Notes: generated by a model from the sequence alone, not told the origin. A DNA stretch of 64,000 nucleotides from an uncultured Bacteroidota bacterium (GCA_946186925.1 CAMHPA010000007.1:11860-75859); one strand, 5' to 3'; shown: positions 8,793 through 19,086, numbered from the stretch's first letter. A program made the numbers and translations.

Positions 8793-10061
8793 ATGCTGTA
8801 CTACTTTTTTGAATATCTGCAATCGTTCAACTTCCCTGGCGCGGGAATGTTCCACTACGTGTCGTTCCGCGCGATTCTGGCACTGGTGATTTCGCTGCTT
8901 TTCTCGATGTGGATGGGCCGTAAGTTCATCGACTTTATGAAGAGCCGCAAGCACATTGAGGCTGCCCGCGACGCCGAAACCGACCCCTACGGCGTGCAGA
9001 AAAAGGGCGTTCCGTCGATGGGCGGCGTGGTGATTGTGGCGGCCATTGTGATTCCGTCGCTGCTGCTATGCCAACTCGATAATATCTACGTTATTCTGCT
9101 GATTATTACCGCTTTGTGGTTCGGCACTCTGGGCTTCATCGACGATAAAATCAAACTTGGCGGAAACAAAGACGGTATGAAACCGCTGCACAAACTCATC
9201 GGGCAGACGGTGCTTGGCTGCGCGGTTGGCATTGCCCTGTGGCAAAGTCCGCAAGCCGTTGTGTGCGAGACCGTTACCGAGAAGATTGTGAACGACAAGG
9301 TGGTGTACGAGAAGAGCGAGGCCCGCAAATCGACCGTCACCACAGTGCCGTTTGTGAAAAACAACAACCTTGACTATTACGAGGCGTTTGCCTGGCTCAA
9401 GAACGGCAAGGCCAAACGCGCCTGTGGCTGGATTCTGTTCATAATCGTCACCACGTTTGTGATTGCGGCTGTGTCGAACGGCGCCAACCTGAACGACGGA
9501 ATGGACGGAATGTGCGCTGGCAACTCGGCCATCATTGGCACGGCGCTGGGCATTCTGGCCTACGTGTCGGGCCACATACAATTCGCTTCGTACCTGAACG
9601 TGATGTACATTCCTGGCACCGAAGAGATGCTGGTTTACCTGTGCGCTTTTGTGGGCGCGCTCATCGGGTTCCTGTGGCACAACGCCTATCCTGCCAAAGT
9701 GTTTATGGGCGACACGGGCAGCCTGGCCATCGGCGGAATCATTGCCGTAACTGCCATCATCATTCACAAGGAACTGCTGCTGCCGATACTCTGCGGGGTT
9801 TTCCTGCTCGAAGTGGTGTCGGTGATGCTGCAGACCAACTACGCCAAATACGGCAACAAGCGCGGGCTGAAACTGCGTGTTTTCAAACGCGCGCCGCTTC
9901 ACGACCATTTCCGCGTGCTGCCGTCGCAACTTCAAGAAAACTTCAAGTACCTGATAACCAAACCCGAAGGCGCGCTTCACGAGAATATGATTACGCTGCG
10001 TTTCTGGATTGTGACAATCATACTTGCGGCATTGACAATTATCACACTTAAAATCAGATAA
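8793..10061 (+). CDS. mraY: phospho-N-acetylmuramoyl-pentapeptide transferase MraY
   Basis: Polytopic membrane protein with the NLNDGMDG motif. dcw position. Confidence 0.93.
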   Translation: MLYYFFEYLQSFNFPGAGMFHYVSFRAILALVISLLFSMWMGRKFIDFMKSRKHIEAARDAETDPYGVQKKGVPSMGGVVIVAAIVIPSLLLCQLDNIYVILLIITALWFGTLGFIDDKIKLGGNKDGMKPLHKLIGQTVLGCAVGIALWQSPQAVVCETVTEKIVNDKVVYEKSEARKSTVTTVPFVKNNNLDYYEAFAWLKNGKAKRACGWILFIIVTTFVIAAVSNGANLNDGMDGMCAGNSAIIGTALGILAYVSGHIQFASYLNVMYIPGTEEMLVYLCAFVGALIGFLWHNAYPAKVFMGDTGSLAIGGIIAVTAIIIHKELLLPILCGVFLLEVVSVMLQTNYAKYGNKRGLKLRVFKRAPLHDHFRVLPSQLQENFKYLITKPEGALHENMITLRFWIVTIILAALTIITLKIR

Positions 10062-11416
10062 TGAACGAGAACAAGAAACTGATGGTTGTGCTGGGTGCGG
10101 GCGAGAGCGGCGTGGGAACCGCCTTGCTGGCGCAGAAGAAGGGCTACGCGGTTTTTGTGTCGGACTATGGAAAGATTGCCGACAAATACAAGGCCGTGCT
10201 CGACGAGCACAATATTGAATGGGAAGAAGGCCACCACACGCTGGAAAAGATTCTGACGGCGGCCGAAGTGATGAAAAGCCCTGGAATACCCGAGAAGGCA
10301 CCCGTGGTGAAGGCTCTGCACGAGCATAACATTCCGATTGTGAGCGAGATAGAATTCGCAGCACGCTACACCAATGCAAAAATGATTTGCATCACAGGCA
10401 GCAACGGCAAGACCACCACCACGCTCTTGACCTACGAGATTCTGAAACGCGCGGGCCTGAACGTGGGCCTTGGCGGCAACGTGGGCAAGAGTTTCGCCTG
10501 GCAGGTGGCCGACTGCAATTTCGACTATTACGTGCTGGAATTGAGCAGTTTCCAACTCGACAATATGTATGAGTTCAAGGCCGATGTGGCGATTCTGATG
10601 AACGTCACACCCGACCACCTGGACCGCTACGAGTACAAGTTCGAGAACTATCTGAACTCGAAGTTCCGCATCATCCAAAATATGGATAAGAACGGCTACT
10701 TCATCTACTGCGACGACGACCCCGCAACGCTCGAGAAACTGGCCACTCTGACGCCCGAAACCAACTGGGTGCCGTTCAGCATTGAGCACAGCGTGGCTTG
10801 CGGCGCCGACCTTACCGACAACGGACAAACTTTTAACATTCATCTTAATACCATAAACGACTTCACTATGAATATCAACGACTTATCATTAAGCGGAAAG
10901 CACAACACCTACAACTCAATGGCCGCAGCAGTGGCCGCCAACGTGCTGAACATCAGAAAAGAAACCATTCGCGAGTGCCTGACAAGTTTCAAGGGCGTTG
11001 AGCACCGCCTTGAGCCCGTGCTGAAAGTGCATCAGATTGAGTTCATCAACGACTCGAAGGCCACCAACGTGAACAGCGCCTGGTACGCTCTCGAGAGTAT
11101 GAAGCGCCCCACTATCTGGATTGTGGGCGGCACCGACAAGGGCAACGACTACTCGACTCTGATTCCGCTTGTGAAACAGAAAGTTAAGGCCATCATCTGC
11201 CTTGGCGTCGATAACTCGAAGATTCACGCCGCTTTCGACGGAATTGTTGAGCATATTGTTGATACTCAGTCGATGGAACAAGCCGTGAAGTCGGCCTACT
11301 ATATGGGCACCGACGGCGACGCCGTGCTGCTCTCGCCATGCTGCGCAAGTTTCGACCTGTTCGAGAACTACGAAGACCGCGGACGGCAGTTCAAGGCGGC
11401 GGTACGTAATTTATGA
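10061..11416 (+). CDS. murD: UDP-N-acetylmuramoylalanine-D-glutamate ligase MurD
   Basis: ITGSNGKTTT P-loop and N-terminal Rossmann motif VLGAGESG. Confidence 0.93.
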   Translation: MNENKKLMVVLGAGESGVGTALLAQKKGYAVFVSDYGKIADKYKAVLDEHNIEWEEGHHTLEKILTAAEVMKSPGIPEKAPVVKALHEHNIPIVSEIEFAARYTNAKMICITGSNGKTTTTLLTYEILKRAGLNVGLGGNVGKSFAWQVADCNFDYYVLELSSFQLDNMYEFKADVAILMNVTPDHLDRYEYKFENYLNSKFRIIQNMDKNGYFIYCDDDPATLEKLATLTPETNWVPFSIEHSVACGADLTDNGQTFNIHLNTINDFTMNINDLSLSGKHNTYNSMAAAVAANVLNIRKETIRECLTSFKGVEHRLEPVLKVHQIEFINDSKATNVNSAWYALESMKRPTIWIVGGTDKGNDYSTLIPLVKQKVKAIICLGVDNSKIHAAFDGIVEHIVDTQSMEQAVKSAYYMGTDGDAVLLSPCCASFDLFENYEDRGRQFKAAVRNL

Positions 11417-11456
11417 TGATGAATCGGTGAATCGGATAATCGGTGAATTGGGAATT
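11417..11456. repeat. intergenic short-word repeat (GAATCGGT-type units)
   Basis: tgatgaatcggtgaatcggataatcggtgaattgggaatt, directly after the murD stop. Confidence 0.8.
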
Positions 11457-11527
11457 AGAAAACCACTCAACAATTAAACATAAAATCGATTAGCCAGTTC
11501 ACCAGTTCAACGATTAAACAATAGAGA

Positions 11528-12736
11528 ATGAAAGAGAAGTTCCTGAAATATTTCAAAGGTGACACCACAATCTGGATAGTTGTGTTTCTGCTGTCGATTG
11601 TGTCGATGCTGACCGTGTATAGCGCCACGGGCACATTGGCATACAAGAAGATGGGCGGCAACACATTCTTCTATCTTATGCGTCACGGCAGTTTCCTGCT
11701 GTTTGGCATCGGTATCATCTTCCTATTCCACAAAATCAATTTCAGATTTCTCTTGCGATTCACCAAACCGCTCATCTATCTAAGTGCCGGGCTACTGATA
11801 TTCACATTGTTGCGCGGTGTCAACCTGAACGAGGCAAACCGTTGGGTTTCGATTATGGGCGTGCAGTTTCAGACATCCGATTTGGCGAAAATTGCTGTGA
11901 TTATGTTCATTGCATCGGTCTTGAGCCAAAATCAGGATCACATCGACGACCCGAAAGCGGCCTTCTGGCCCATTGTGAAGTGGGCTGGCATAATATGTCT
12001 GCTCATCTTCGGCGCTGATTTCTCGACAGCGGCAATGCTATTCTTCATCTGCTGTGTGCTGATGTATGTTGGTGGCATTAAATTCGTGCTGCTGGCCAAG
12101 CTGTTCGGTTGTTTGCTGGCCGGATTCGCCTTTATGCTGCTGCTAGCATACGCGGTTCCGCAGATTAGCCGAATCGGACGCGTGGCGACAATCAAAGCCC
12201 GCATCGAGAGTTTTGTGGGCATTGGTGAGCACAACGACGCCGAACATGACTACCAAGCCGACCACTCGAAGATGGCCATCGTTCACGGCGGCATTACCGG
12301 ACAGGGGCCTGGCAACAGCACTCAGCGCAACTTTCTGCCGCACCCTTATTCCGATTTCATCTACGCCATAATTGTTGAGGAATGGGGCATAGCAGGAGGA
12401 ACGTTCGTTCTTGTTCTTTACCTGACGCTGCTCTACCGCATCAGGGTGATAGTGCGACGAAGCCGAAGCGCCTTCGGTACATTCCTGTGCATCGGTTTAG
12501 GTATCAGCTTGGCCATTCAGGCGCTGATAAATATGGGTGTGGCGGTCAACATTTTCCCTGTTACGGGACAGACGCTGCCGCTTGTGAGTATGGGCGGAAC
12601 GTCGGTGGTGTTCACAAGCATTGCCATTGGGGTGATTCTGAACGTGAGCCGTTATGCCGACGGCGGTGACCTTGCTGCTGAGCCTGCGACTGTTGATAAT
12701 CAGAAAAACGATATAAACACAACTGAAAACCAATAA
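11528..12736 (+). CDS. ftsW: FtsW/RodA/SpoVE-family peptidoglycan polymerase
   Basis: Roughly ten TM segments and a SEDS-like sequence. Sits between murD and murG. Confidence 0.9.
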   Translation: MKEKFLKYFKGDTTIWIVVFLLSIVSMLTVYSATGTLAYKKMGGNTFFYLMRHGSFLLFGIGIIFLFHKINFRFLLRFTKPLIYLSAGLLIFTLLRGVNLNEANRWVSIMGVQFQTSDLAKIAVIMFIASVLSQNQDHIDDPKAAFWPIVKWAGIICLLIFGADFSTAAMLFFICCVLMYVGGIKFVLLAKLFGCLLAGFAFMLLLAYAVPQISRIGRVATIKARIESFVGIGEHNDAEHDYQADHSKMAIVHGGITGQGPGNSTQRNFLPHPYSDFIYAIIVEEWGIAGGTFVLVLYLTLLYRIRVIVRRSRSAFGTFLCIGLGISLAIQALINMGVAVNIFPVTGQTLPLVSMGGTSVVFTSIAIGVILNVSRYADGGDLAAEPATVDNQKNDINTTENQ

Positions 12737-12737
12737 T

Positions 12738-13844
12738 ATGGAAAAGAAACGTTACATAATAAGCGGTGGCGGAACGGGCGGACATATCTTCCCTGCCATA
12801 TCGATAGCGAGAGCCATCAAGCGACGTGACCCGTCGGCTGAGATTTTGTTTGTGGGTGCGCACAACCGTATGGAAATGGAAAAGGTTCCGGCTGCCGGAT
12901 TCAAGATTGTGGGCCTGCCCATTGCCGGTCTTCAGCGCGACTCTATAATCAAGAACCTGATGTTTCTGCCGAAACTGTTTGTGAGCCTTTTCAAGTGCCG
13001 AAGCATCATTCGAACGTTCAAGCCGAATGCCGTGGTGGGCGTGGGCGGCTATGCAAGCGGCCCGCTGTTGCGCACGGCACAGCGCATGGGCGTGCCAACC
13101 CTGATTCAGGAGCAGAATAGCTACGCCGGCCTGACCAACAAACTGCTGGCCAAGTGCGCCAAAAGCATCTGCGTAGCCTATGAGGGAATGGAGAGGTTCT
13201 TCCCGAAAGAGAAGATTGTGCTCACCGGCAACCCTGTGCGTCAGGATTTGCAAGACATCAAGCCGAATCTGACCGAGGCTTTCAAGTTCTTCAATCTGAG
13301 CCAGGGCGGCAATATAAAAACGCTGCTTGTGATTGGCGGAAGCCTGGGCGCGCGCACCATCAACGAGTGCATCGGCAACAATCTCGACCTGCTCATCCGC
13401 AAGAAGATTCAAGTCATCTGGCAGACAGGAAAATACTACTACGAGCGCGCACTTGAAGAAGCCGCGCAGTACAATAGCAAGAACATCCACGTCTATCCGT
13501 TCATCAACCGTATGGACTACGCCTACTCGGTGGCCGATGTCATCATCTCTCGTGCCGGTGCGGGCACCATCTCGGAACTCTGTCTGGTGGGTAAGCCTGT
13601 GATTTTGGTACCGAGCCCCAATGTGGCCGAGGACCATCAGACCAAAAACGCGCAGGCTCTGGTGAAAAACAGCGCCGCCCTGATGGTGACCGACAAAAAC
13701 GCTCCCGACGAGCTGGTGTCGCAGGTCATCCGGCTGCTTGAGCAAGACGAGCAGCAGGTGCGTCTGCGCATCAATATCAAAAAGATGGCTCTGCCGAACG
13801 CCGACGAAGACATCTGCAACGAAGTAATGAGAATTGCATTATGA
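12738..13844 (+). CDS. murG: undecaprenyldiphospho-muramoylpentapeptide beta-N-acetylglucosaminyltransferase MurG
   Basis: N-terminal GGTGGHIFPA motif. dcw position. Confidence 0.93.
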   Translation: MEKKRYIISGGGTGGHIFPAISIARAIKRRDPSAEILFVGAHNRMEMEKVPAAGFKIVGLPIAGLQRDSIIKNLMFLPKLFVSLFKCRSIIRTFKPNAVVGVGGYASGPLLRTAQRMGVPTLIQEQNSYAGLTNKLLAKCAKSICVAYEGMERFFPKEKIVLTGNPVRQDLQDIKPNLTEAFKFFNLSQGGNIKTLLVIGGSLGARTINECIGNNLDLLIRKKIQVIWQTGKYYYERALEEAAQYNSKNIHVYPFINRMDYAYSVADVIISRAGAGTISELCLVGKPVILVPSPNVAEDHQTKNAQALVKNSAALMVTDKNAPDELVSQVIRLLEQDEQQVRLRINIKKMALPNADEDICNEVMRIAL

Positions 13845-15220
13845 AGAAACTGACTGATTATAATAAGGCATATTTTGTAGGCATTGGCGGCATTGGAATG
13901 AGCGCTCTGGCTCAATGGTTTATGCGCACCGGATACACGGTCGGCGGCTACGACCGCTCGTCGTCCGACATCACCAACCGCCTTGAGGCCGACGGCGCAC
14001 TGACAACGTTCGACGACAGCGTTGATAACATCGCTGACACATTCAAAACAGATGTCGAACAGACGCTGGTGGTTTACACGCCCGCCATTCCCGACAGTAG
14101 TGAGATTCTCAACTTCTTCAAAACCAATGGTTACGATGTTGTGAAACGCTCGGTGGCGCTTGGCATCATTGCCCAAGACAGCTATGCGGCTTGCGTGGCC
14201 GGAACCCACGGCAAAACATCGATTTCGACAATGACTACCTGCATCTTGGACCAAACAAAGATTGGCGTGAACGCCTTTCTGGGCGGTGTGAGCAAGAATT
14301 TCAACACCAACGTTGTCATCAAGCCCGAGTCGCCGTGGGCGGTGATTGAGGCCGACGAGTTCGACCGCTCGTTCCTGACGCTCTATCCGCACATTGCGCT
14401 CATCAGCGCTATGGACGCCGACCATCTTGATATCTACGGCAACAAGGCCGAAGTTGAGAAGGCTTTCGCAAAATTTGTGGGGCAGGTGAAGCACGATGGT
14501 GTGGTGATTATCAAAAAAGGCGTGACGCTCGACCACAAGGCCAATGAGGGTGTGAAATACTATTCGTATTCGCTTGACAGTGAAGCCGATTTTTACGCGC
14601 GCAACATCCACATTGAGAACGGCGAGTATGTGTTCGACATTGTGACGCCCAACGGTGTGATTGGCAACGTGAAACTCGGGATGCCAGCGCTCTACAACGT
14701 TGAGAACGCTGTGGCCGCAACGGCCGTGGCCATGTTTGCAGGTGCGTCGGAAAACGAGATTCGTTTTGGTCTGGCTGGATATGCTGGTGTGCGCCGCCGC
14801 TTCGACGTGCGCTTCAAAAACACCGACCTGGTCTTCATCGACGACTACGCCCATCACCCCGAAGAGATCAAGGCCTGCCTGCGCTCGGTGCGCGATTTCT
14901 ACCCTGGCAAGCCTGTGACGGTGATGTTCCAACCGCACCTGTACAGCCGCACGCGCGATTTTGCCGATGAGTTTGCCGCGGCACTGGACATGGCCGACCG
15001 CGTCATCATAACCGACATCTACCCCGCCCGCGAACTGCCGATTGAAGGCGTGTCGAGCGAGATGATTCTGGAACGCATGAAGCTGAAAGACAAAATGTTC
15101 TGCCCGTTCGGCAAACTGAAGGACGAAGCGGTGAAAATCAAGTCGGGTGTGCTGCTCACCATGGGCGCTGGCAACATCGACACACTGATTGAACCGATTC
15201 ATCAGGCGATGATTAAGTGA
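13841..15220 (+). CDS. murC: UDP-N-acetylmuramate-L-alanine ligase MurC
   Basis: GIGGIGMSALA and GTHGKTS motifs. 4-nt overlap with murG. Confidence 0.93.
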   Translation: MKKLTDYNKAYFVGIGGIGMSALAQWFMRTGYTVGGYDRSSSDITNRLEADGALTTFDDSVDNIADTFKTDVEQTLVVYTPAIPDSSEILNFFKTNGYDVVKRSVALGIIAQDSYAACVAGTHGKTSISTMTTCILDQTKIGVNAFLGGVSKNFNTNVVIKPESPWAVIEADEFDRSFLTLYPHIALISAMDADHLDIYGNKAEVEKAFAKFVGQVKHDGVVIIKKGVTLDHKANEGVKYYSYSLDSEADFYARNIHIENGEYVFDIVTPNGVIGNVKLGMPALYNVENAVAATAVAMFAGASENEIRFGLAGYAGVRRRFDVRFKNTDLVFIDDYAHHPEEIKACLRSVRDFYPGKPVTVMFQPHLYSRTRDFADEFAAALDMADRVIITDIYPARELPIEGVSSEMILERMKLKDKMFCPFGKLKDEAVKIKSGVLLTMGAGNIDTLIEPIHQAMIK

Positions 15221-15270
15221 GTTGAAAGTTTTGAAAGTTATAAGTTTAAAAGTTAGGAAGTTATAAGTTG
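15221..15270. repeat. intergenic short-word repeat (GTTGAAAG/GTTATAAG-type units)
   Basis: gttgaaagttttgaaagttataagtttaaaagttaggaagttataagttg, directly after the murC stop. Confidence 0.8.
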
Positions 15271-15336
15271 ACAATTAATAATTAACAATGAGGAGACAAC
15301 AGACAACCGAAATGATGAGCGGACAATGTGTCTGTG

Positions 15337-15354
15337 GTCTGTAGTCCGTAGTCG
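15337..15354. repeat. 18-mer GGTCTGTAGTCCGTAGTC; an inverted partner lies at 19006..19023
   Basis: The reverse complement of 19006..19023 is CGTCTGTAGTCTATAGTC, matching at 15 of 18 positions. The pair brackets ftsQ-ftsA-ftsZ. Confidence 0.6.
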
Positions 15355-15375
15355 ATTCACCGATTAAACAACAAA

Positions 15376-16179
15376 ATGAAAGAAAAACTGAAAACGGCAT
15401 TTGTTTGGACACTGCTCTTGGGCTACCTTGTGGCGGTACTCTGGATTGTGGGCGGCGAGACGGCCAATGTCCGCGTCGATGCCATTTCAGTGCACATCAG
15501 CGACAACACCAATAACAAGTTTATAACCGAATCAGATGTTACTCAAACACTTAATAAAGAAAACATTAAGCTGATTGGCACACTGATGGATTCGGTCAAT
15601 ATTCACTATCTTGAAGATGTGCTGATTCACAACAATAAATCGATAAAAAAAGCTGAAGTGTATCGGACCGTTTACGGCGAGATTAACGTCCGCATCGAGC
15701 AGCGGCAGCCCATTATGCGTGTTATTAATCCTAACGGCGACAGCTACTACATTGACGCCAATGGCCAGGTGATGCCGCTGAGCAAGAAGTACACGGCGCA
15801 CGTGATTGTGGTGAGCGGCAACCTGAACGAGCCCTATATGGACCATGTGGGTGAGAATATGCTTCGGTTTGCGGCTCAAACAACTGAGTCGACTGGCGAG
15901 CTTCTGCCTGACCTTTTCAAATTGGTTAAGTTCATTAATGGCAACAAGTTTTGGAAGGCGCAGATTGAGCAGATCTACATAAATCAGAAAAAAGAGATTG
16001 AGCTTGTGCCGCGTGTGGGCAACCACACCATCATTCTGGGCTCGATTGACGATATAGATGAGAAGTTCGAGAACCTGCGGGCCTTCTACGAGCAAGGGCT
16101 TGCAAAGTATGGATGGAACAAATACAAAACGATAAATCTAAAATTTAAAAATCAAATAGTTTGTACTAAAAGAACATAG
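15376..16179 (+). CDS. ftsQ: cell division protein FtsQ
   Basis: Single N-terminal TM helix followed by a POTRA-like region. Sits between murC and ftsA. Confidence 0.8.
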   Translation: MKEKLKTAFVWTLLLGYLVAVLWIVGGETANVRVDAISVHISDNTNNKFITESDVTQTLNKENIKLIGTLMDSVNIHYLEDVLIHNNKSIKKAEVYRTVYGEINVRIEQRQPIMRVINPNGDSYYIDANGQVMPLSKKYTAHVIVVSGNLNEPYMDHVGENMLRFAAQTTESTGELLPDLFKLVKFINGNKFWKAQIEQIYINQKKEIELVPRVGNHTIILGSIDDIDEKFENLRAFYEQGLAKYGWNKYKTINLKFKNQIVCTKRT

Positions 16180-16181
16180 GT

Positions 16182-17519
16182 ATGGAACAGCAAAACGCAA
16201 ACATCATTGCAGCGATTGATGTCGGCACGACAAAAATTGTGGCGCTTGTGGGCCGCCGCGACAGTGAAGGCCACATTGAAGTGATTGGCTATGGCCGCAC
16301 TGAGTCGAAGGGCGTGCGCCGTGGCGCGGTACTTAATATTGAGGAAGCCAGCCGATCGATTAAGGAGGCCGTGTCTATGGCCGAGGAGCAATCGGGCTAC
16401 AAAATCACTGAGGCTTACGTTGGTATTGCCGGACAGCATATTCGTAGCGACAGGCAGACTTGTACCAAAAACCGCAACTCGGCCAACGACCCCATCACAC
16501 AAGCTGATGTTGATTCGCTCGTCAATCAGATGCACGAGGTGCCAACTGAGATGGGTGAGGTTGTGCTTCACATTTTGCCTCAAAAATATAAGGTTGACGG
16601 CGAGGATGACATAAAGAATCCGGTCGGTATATCGGGCAAGAAACTTGAGGGAGATTTCCATATTGTGTTCGGGCAGATGGCTGCGGCCAACAACTTGCGT
16701 CGTTGCGTCGAGAACAACGGAATCAAAGTTAAGAGCTTGATTTTGGAGCCATTGGCATCGGCCACTGCAGTGCTCACCAGCGATGATAAAGAGCTGGGTG
16801 TGGCGTTGGTTGACATTGGCGGCGGTACCACCGATGTGGCTATTTTCAAAAACGGACACATATGTAACACAGCTGTGATTCCGTTTGGCGGCGATATAAT
16901 TACGAGCGACATCAAAGAGGGTTGCAAAATACTTGAGCGTCAGGCCGAAAGTCTGAAAGTGCAACGCGGTCAGGCCATTGTCACTCCCGACATCAAGAAC
17001 ATAGCTGTGACCATTCCAGGTGCTGGAGGACTTAAGCCGAAGGAAATATCACTTGACTATCTGACAATGATTATTCAGGCCCGTATGAATGAGATTATCG
17101 CTACCGTGAAGCAGATTCTGGAGAGTGCGGGAATGAAAGAAAACTTAGGTGCAGGCGTAGTACTGACCGGCGGCGGCTCAATGCTGCGCTACCTTATAAA
17201 CCTGTTTGCGTATGGCACAGCGCTTGAGGTGCGTGTTGGACGGCCCAACCAGTATATCAAGACCGAAATCAAAAATCTGACCACACTGCCAAGTAATTCA
17301 ACATCAATCGGACTGCTGATGATGGGATTCGAGAATAACACAGCTGAGGGACTTGGTTTTGGTTCGGCCAATAAGAAGGATGAGCCAGCTAAAGAAGAGG
17401 AGTTTGAAATCAAGCCCACGAAAAACGAGTCCGAGCAAAAAAACAAAGGCATAGGGTTTGTAAAAGGGCTTTGGGACAAGGCTGTGGATTTTATGACCGT
17501 TGAGGACAAAGAGTTCTGA
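16182..17519 (+). CDS. ftsA: cell division protein FtsA
   Basis: Actin-like ATPase motifs (IAAIDVGTTKIV, DIGGGTTD). Confidence 0.93.
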   Translation: MEQQNANIIAAIDVGTTKIVALVGRRDSEGHIEVIGYGRTESKGVRRGAVLNIEEASRSIKEAVSMAEEQSGYKITEAYVGIAGQHIRSDRQTCTKNRNSANDPITQADVDSLVNQMHEVPTEMGEVVLHILPQKYKVDGEDDIKNPVGISGKKLEGDFHIVFGQMAAANNLRRCVENNGIKVKSLILEPLASATAVLTSDDKELGVALVDIGGGTTDVAIFKNGHICNTAVIPFGGDIITSDIKEGCKILERQAESLKVQRGQAIVTPDIKNIAVTIPGAGGLKPKEISLDYLTMIIQARMNEIIATVKQILESAGMKENLGAGVVLTGGGSMLRYLINLFAYGTALEVRVGRPNQYIKTEIKNLTTLPSNSTSIGLLMMGFENNTAEGLGFGSANKKDEPAKEEEFEIKPTKNESEQKNKGIGFVKGLWDKAVDFMTVEDKEF

Positions 17520-17559
17520 AAAGTACAAAAAATTATAACTCATTTAAAAACATAGGATT

Positions 17560-18984
17560 ATGGAAGGAATGATAAACTTTGGATTTGAAAAGGGCAACTC
17601 TAGCATAATAAAAGTCATTGGAGTTGGCGGAAGTGGCGGAAACGCTGTCAACCATATGTTTGCGAAAGGCATTAACGGTGTCGATTTCATCATCTGCAAC
17701 ACTGATAATCAGGCATTGCTCAACAGCCCTATCAATAATAAAATTCAGCTTGGCGCAACACTCACCGAGGGTCAGGGCGCCGGCAATGAACCAAGCAAGG
17801 GCCGCGAGGCTGCGCGTGAGAGTTACGACGATATTGCTGAGATGCTCTCGCACAACGCAAAAATGGTGTTTGTAACAGCCGGCATGGGCGGCGGCACTGG
17901 CACGGGTGCGGCTCCGGTCATTGCGCAACAAGCCAAAGAGATGGGCATACTGACGGTAGGCATTGTAACGCTACCATTCCGTTTCGAAGGCACAAAACGC
18001 AAAAACCACGCCATCGAAGGATTGAAAGAGATGCGTAAGAGCGTTGATGCTCTGTTGGTTATCGATAATGAAAAAATACGCGAGATTTATGGTAACTGCC
18101 GGTCGAGTCAGGCTTTCGGTTATGCCGACGACATTTTGACGCTGGCCGCCAAAGGCATTGCCGAAATCATCACCGTGCACGGCATTGTGAACGTCGATTT
18201 TGCCGATGTCAAATCGGTGATGACCGACAGCGGTATAGCCTTGATGGGCTCGGCCAGCGCAACTGGTGAGAACCGCGCCATTGAGGCAATTGAAACGGCA
18301 ATGCACTCGCCTCTGCTGAGCAACAACGATATCCGCGGCGCCAAAAACATTCTGCTCAACATCATCTCGAGCACCGAGCACGAAGCCACGATGGACGAGG
18401 TTTGCAGCATCAACGATTATGCGCAAGAGGCTGCAGGCAACAATGCCGACATCATCTGGGGCAACACCATCGATGACTCACTGGGCGAGGCTCTGAGTGT
18501 GACGGTCATTGCCACTGGTTTTGACGATGATAGTCTCAACGATTTCATTCCTGAACAAATCGAGAAAAAGATTGAGGTTCTGCGCGAGGAGTCGAGACCG
18601 AACCATATTGAGCAGCCGGCAACTGCCAGTACATCAGAGTTTAACACCGATTTTCCGACCAACGACCCAGAAAGAATTGAGCGTGTGGAGCTTGAGGACA
18701 TCAAACCGATGGATTACGAAATCCGTCAGGCCGAGCTTGACTTCGGTCAGGGTGGCAATTCGCTGCAAAACTCGTTCTCGCAAGCACAACCTTTGCGTTA
18801 CGGTACCGAGCAGGACGTGCTCGATATGGAGAGTCAGCCAGCCTATATGCGCCTTCGTAACAAGATGCAGCAGAAACAAGAAACAACAGCCGAAAACGCT
18901 CAGCCTCAAATGTCGCGTATGACGATTTCAAACGACGGCAAACTGCGCGAGAACAACTCGTTCTTGTTTGATAATGTTGATTAA
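17560..18984 (+). CDS. ftsZ: cell division GTPase FtsZ
   Basis: Tubulin signature GGGTGTGAAP, with a long disordered C-terminal linker. Confidence 0.96.
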   Translation: MEGMINFGFEKGNSSIIKVIGVGGSGGNAVNHMFAKGINGVDFIICNTDNQALLNSPINNKIQLGATLTEGQGAGNEPSKGREAARESYDDIAEMLSHNAKMVFVTAGMGGGTGTGAAPVIAQQAKEMGILTVGIVTLPFRFEGTKRKNHAIEGLKEMRKSVDALLVIDNEKIREIYGNCRSSQAFGYADDILTLAAKGIAEIITVHGIVNVDFADVKSVMTDSGIALMGSASATGENRAIEAIETAMHSPLLSNNDIRGAKNILLNIISSTEHEATMDEVCSINDYAQEAAGNNADIIWGNTIDDSLGEALSVTVIATGFDDDSLNDFIPEQIEKKIEVLREESRPNHIEQPATASTSEFNTDFPTNDPERIERVELEDIKPMDYEIRQAELDFGQGGNSLQNSFSQAQPLRYGTEQDVLDMESQPAYMRLRNKMQQKQETTAENAQPQMSRMTISNDGKLRENNSFLFDNVD

Positions 18985-19005
18985 AGTTGAGAGGTTTAGA
19001 ATTTA

Positions 19006-19023
19006 GACTATAGACTACAGACG
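19006..19023. repeat. inverted partner of the 15337..15354 18-mer
   Basis: gactatagactacagacg, within the word-repeat spacer after ftsZ. Confidence 0.6.
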
Positions 19024-19040
19024 AGCAAGTATGGGTTATA

Positions 19041-19070
19041 CTTCTAAATCCTAAATCCTAATTTCTAACT
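19041..19070. repeat. intergenic short-word repeat (CTAAATC-type units)
   Basis: cttctaaatcctaaatcctaatttctaact. The complementary TTTAGA-type words lie at 18995-19006 on the other side of the same spacer. Confidence 0.75.
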
Positions 19071-19086
19071 ATATAAATAACTCAAT

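Noticed and set aside
7567-15274. Very long antisense ORFs inside dcw genes (7567..8772, 9066..10379, 9977..10843, 12612..13745, 13637..15274)
   Set aside because: Each lies wholly opposite a gene with unmistakable Mur, MraY or FtsW motifs. Their translations are rich in Arg, His, Ala, Val and Gly and have no recognisable motifs, as expected from stop-poor antisense frames of GC3-rich genes.
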